Source of the DNA: a virus
Taxonomy: Duplodnaviria > Caudoviricetes
Length of the DNA: 57,368 nt
IMG/VR virus record: IMGVR_UViG_3300020221_000020
Span: 1 to 57,368 of that record
Reading direction: 5' to 3' (one strand)
The notes beneath the pieces were generated by a model that had not been told where the DNA came from, made no database searches, and saw only the letters and a list, made by a program, of their open reading frames with translations. The translations under genes and the position numbers were made by a program. How positions within the stretch are numbered: position 1 is the first letter of the stretch; the number at the start of each line of letters is the position of its first letter. This document shows positions 57,248 through 57,368 of this stretch, piece after piece.

Positions 57248-57368
57248 TCTTCACCTGCCAAAAAGTCTTCTACCTTATTTAGACGCTCATATAAAACATT
57301 CAATGCATCAGGTAGACTTTTGTAATCTTCTCCAGGTGGTCTGTATTCCAGAATAAATGGATCAGGAA
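57235..57368 (-). CDS. Hypothetical protein, 3' part only
   Basis: Open frame ...PDPFILEYRPPGEDYKSLPDALNVLYERLNKVEDFLAGEECHK*, overlapping the PAAR start. Confidence 0.6.
   Translation of the reverse strand, partial: PDPFILEYRPPGEDYKSLPDALNVLYERLNKVEDFLAGEECHK
57276..57282 (-). promoter_or_regulatory. Late promoter (CTAAATA) for the PAAR gene
   Basis: 28 nt upstream of the PAAR ATG, inside the upstream gene. Confidence 0.55.

Noticed and set aside
443-57356. All plus-strand ORFs in the track (e.g. 443-691, 23870-24286, 43192-43638)
   Set aside because: They are antisense shadows of well-supported minus-strand genes, with no recognisable motifs or expression signals.

Overview
This window is the virion structural and morphogenesis module of a T4-like myovirus. 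Gene order and protein styles point to a cyanomyovirus; the host is inferred, not shown. All credible genes are on the minus strand. In transcription order: PAAR spike and small ORFs, gp25-gp6-gp7-gp8 baseplate, VrlC-like protein, a ~16 kb fibre cluster, a four-gene accessory cassette, gp13-14-15-16, three small ORFs, gp17, gp18-19-20, a small prohead-core ORF, gp21-22-23, gp3 and the start of uvsY. T4-type late promoters (NATAAATA/CTAAATA) precede most genes. The main candidate for an undescribed system is the cassette at 13987-17917, directly behind the main tail fibre. It encodes a Kelch-like beta-propeller, two unknown proteins, and a fusion of a U32-family (Fe-S hydroxylase-type) domain with a SAM methyltransferase, suggesting a hydroxylate-then-methylate pathway tied to the receptor-binding apparatus. 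Other signals: duplicated or relic gene 3' ends on both flanks of the fibre gene, a late promoter embedded in a terminator hairpin, sigma70 promoters inside the late module, a His-free PAAR protein, and shared modules among the fibre proteins. No tRNA, CRISPR array, integrase or intron was recognised. All family assignments come from motif recognition by eye, not database searches.
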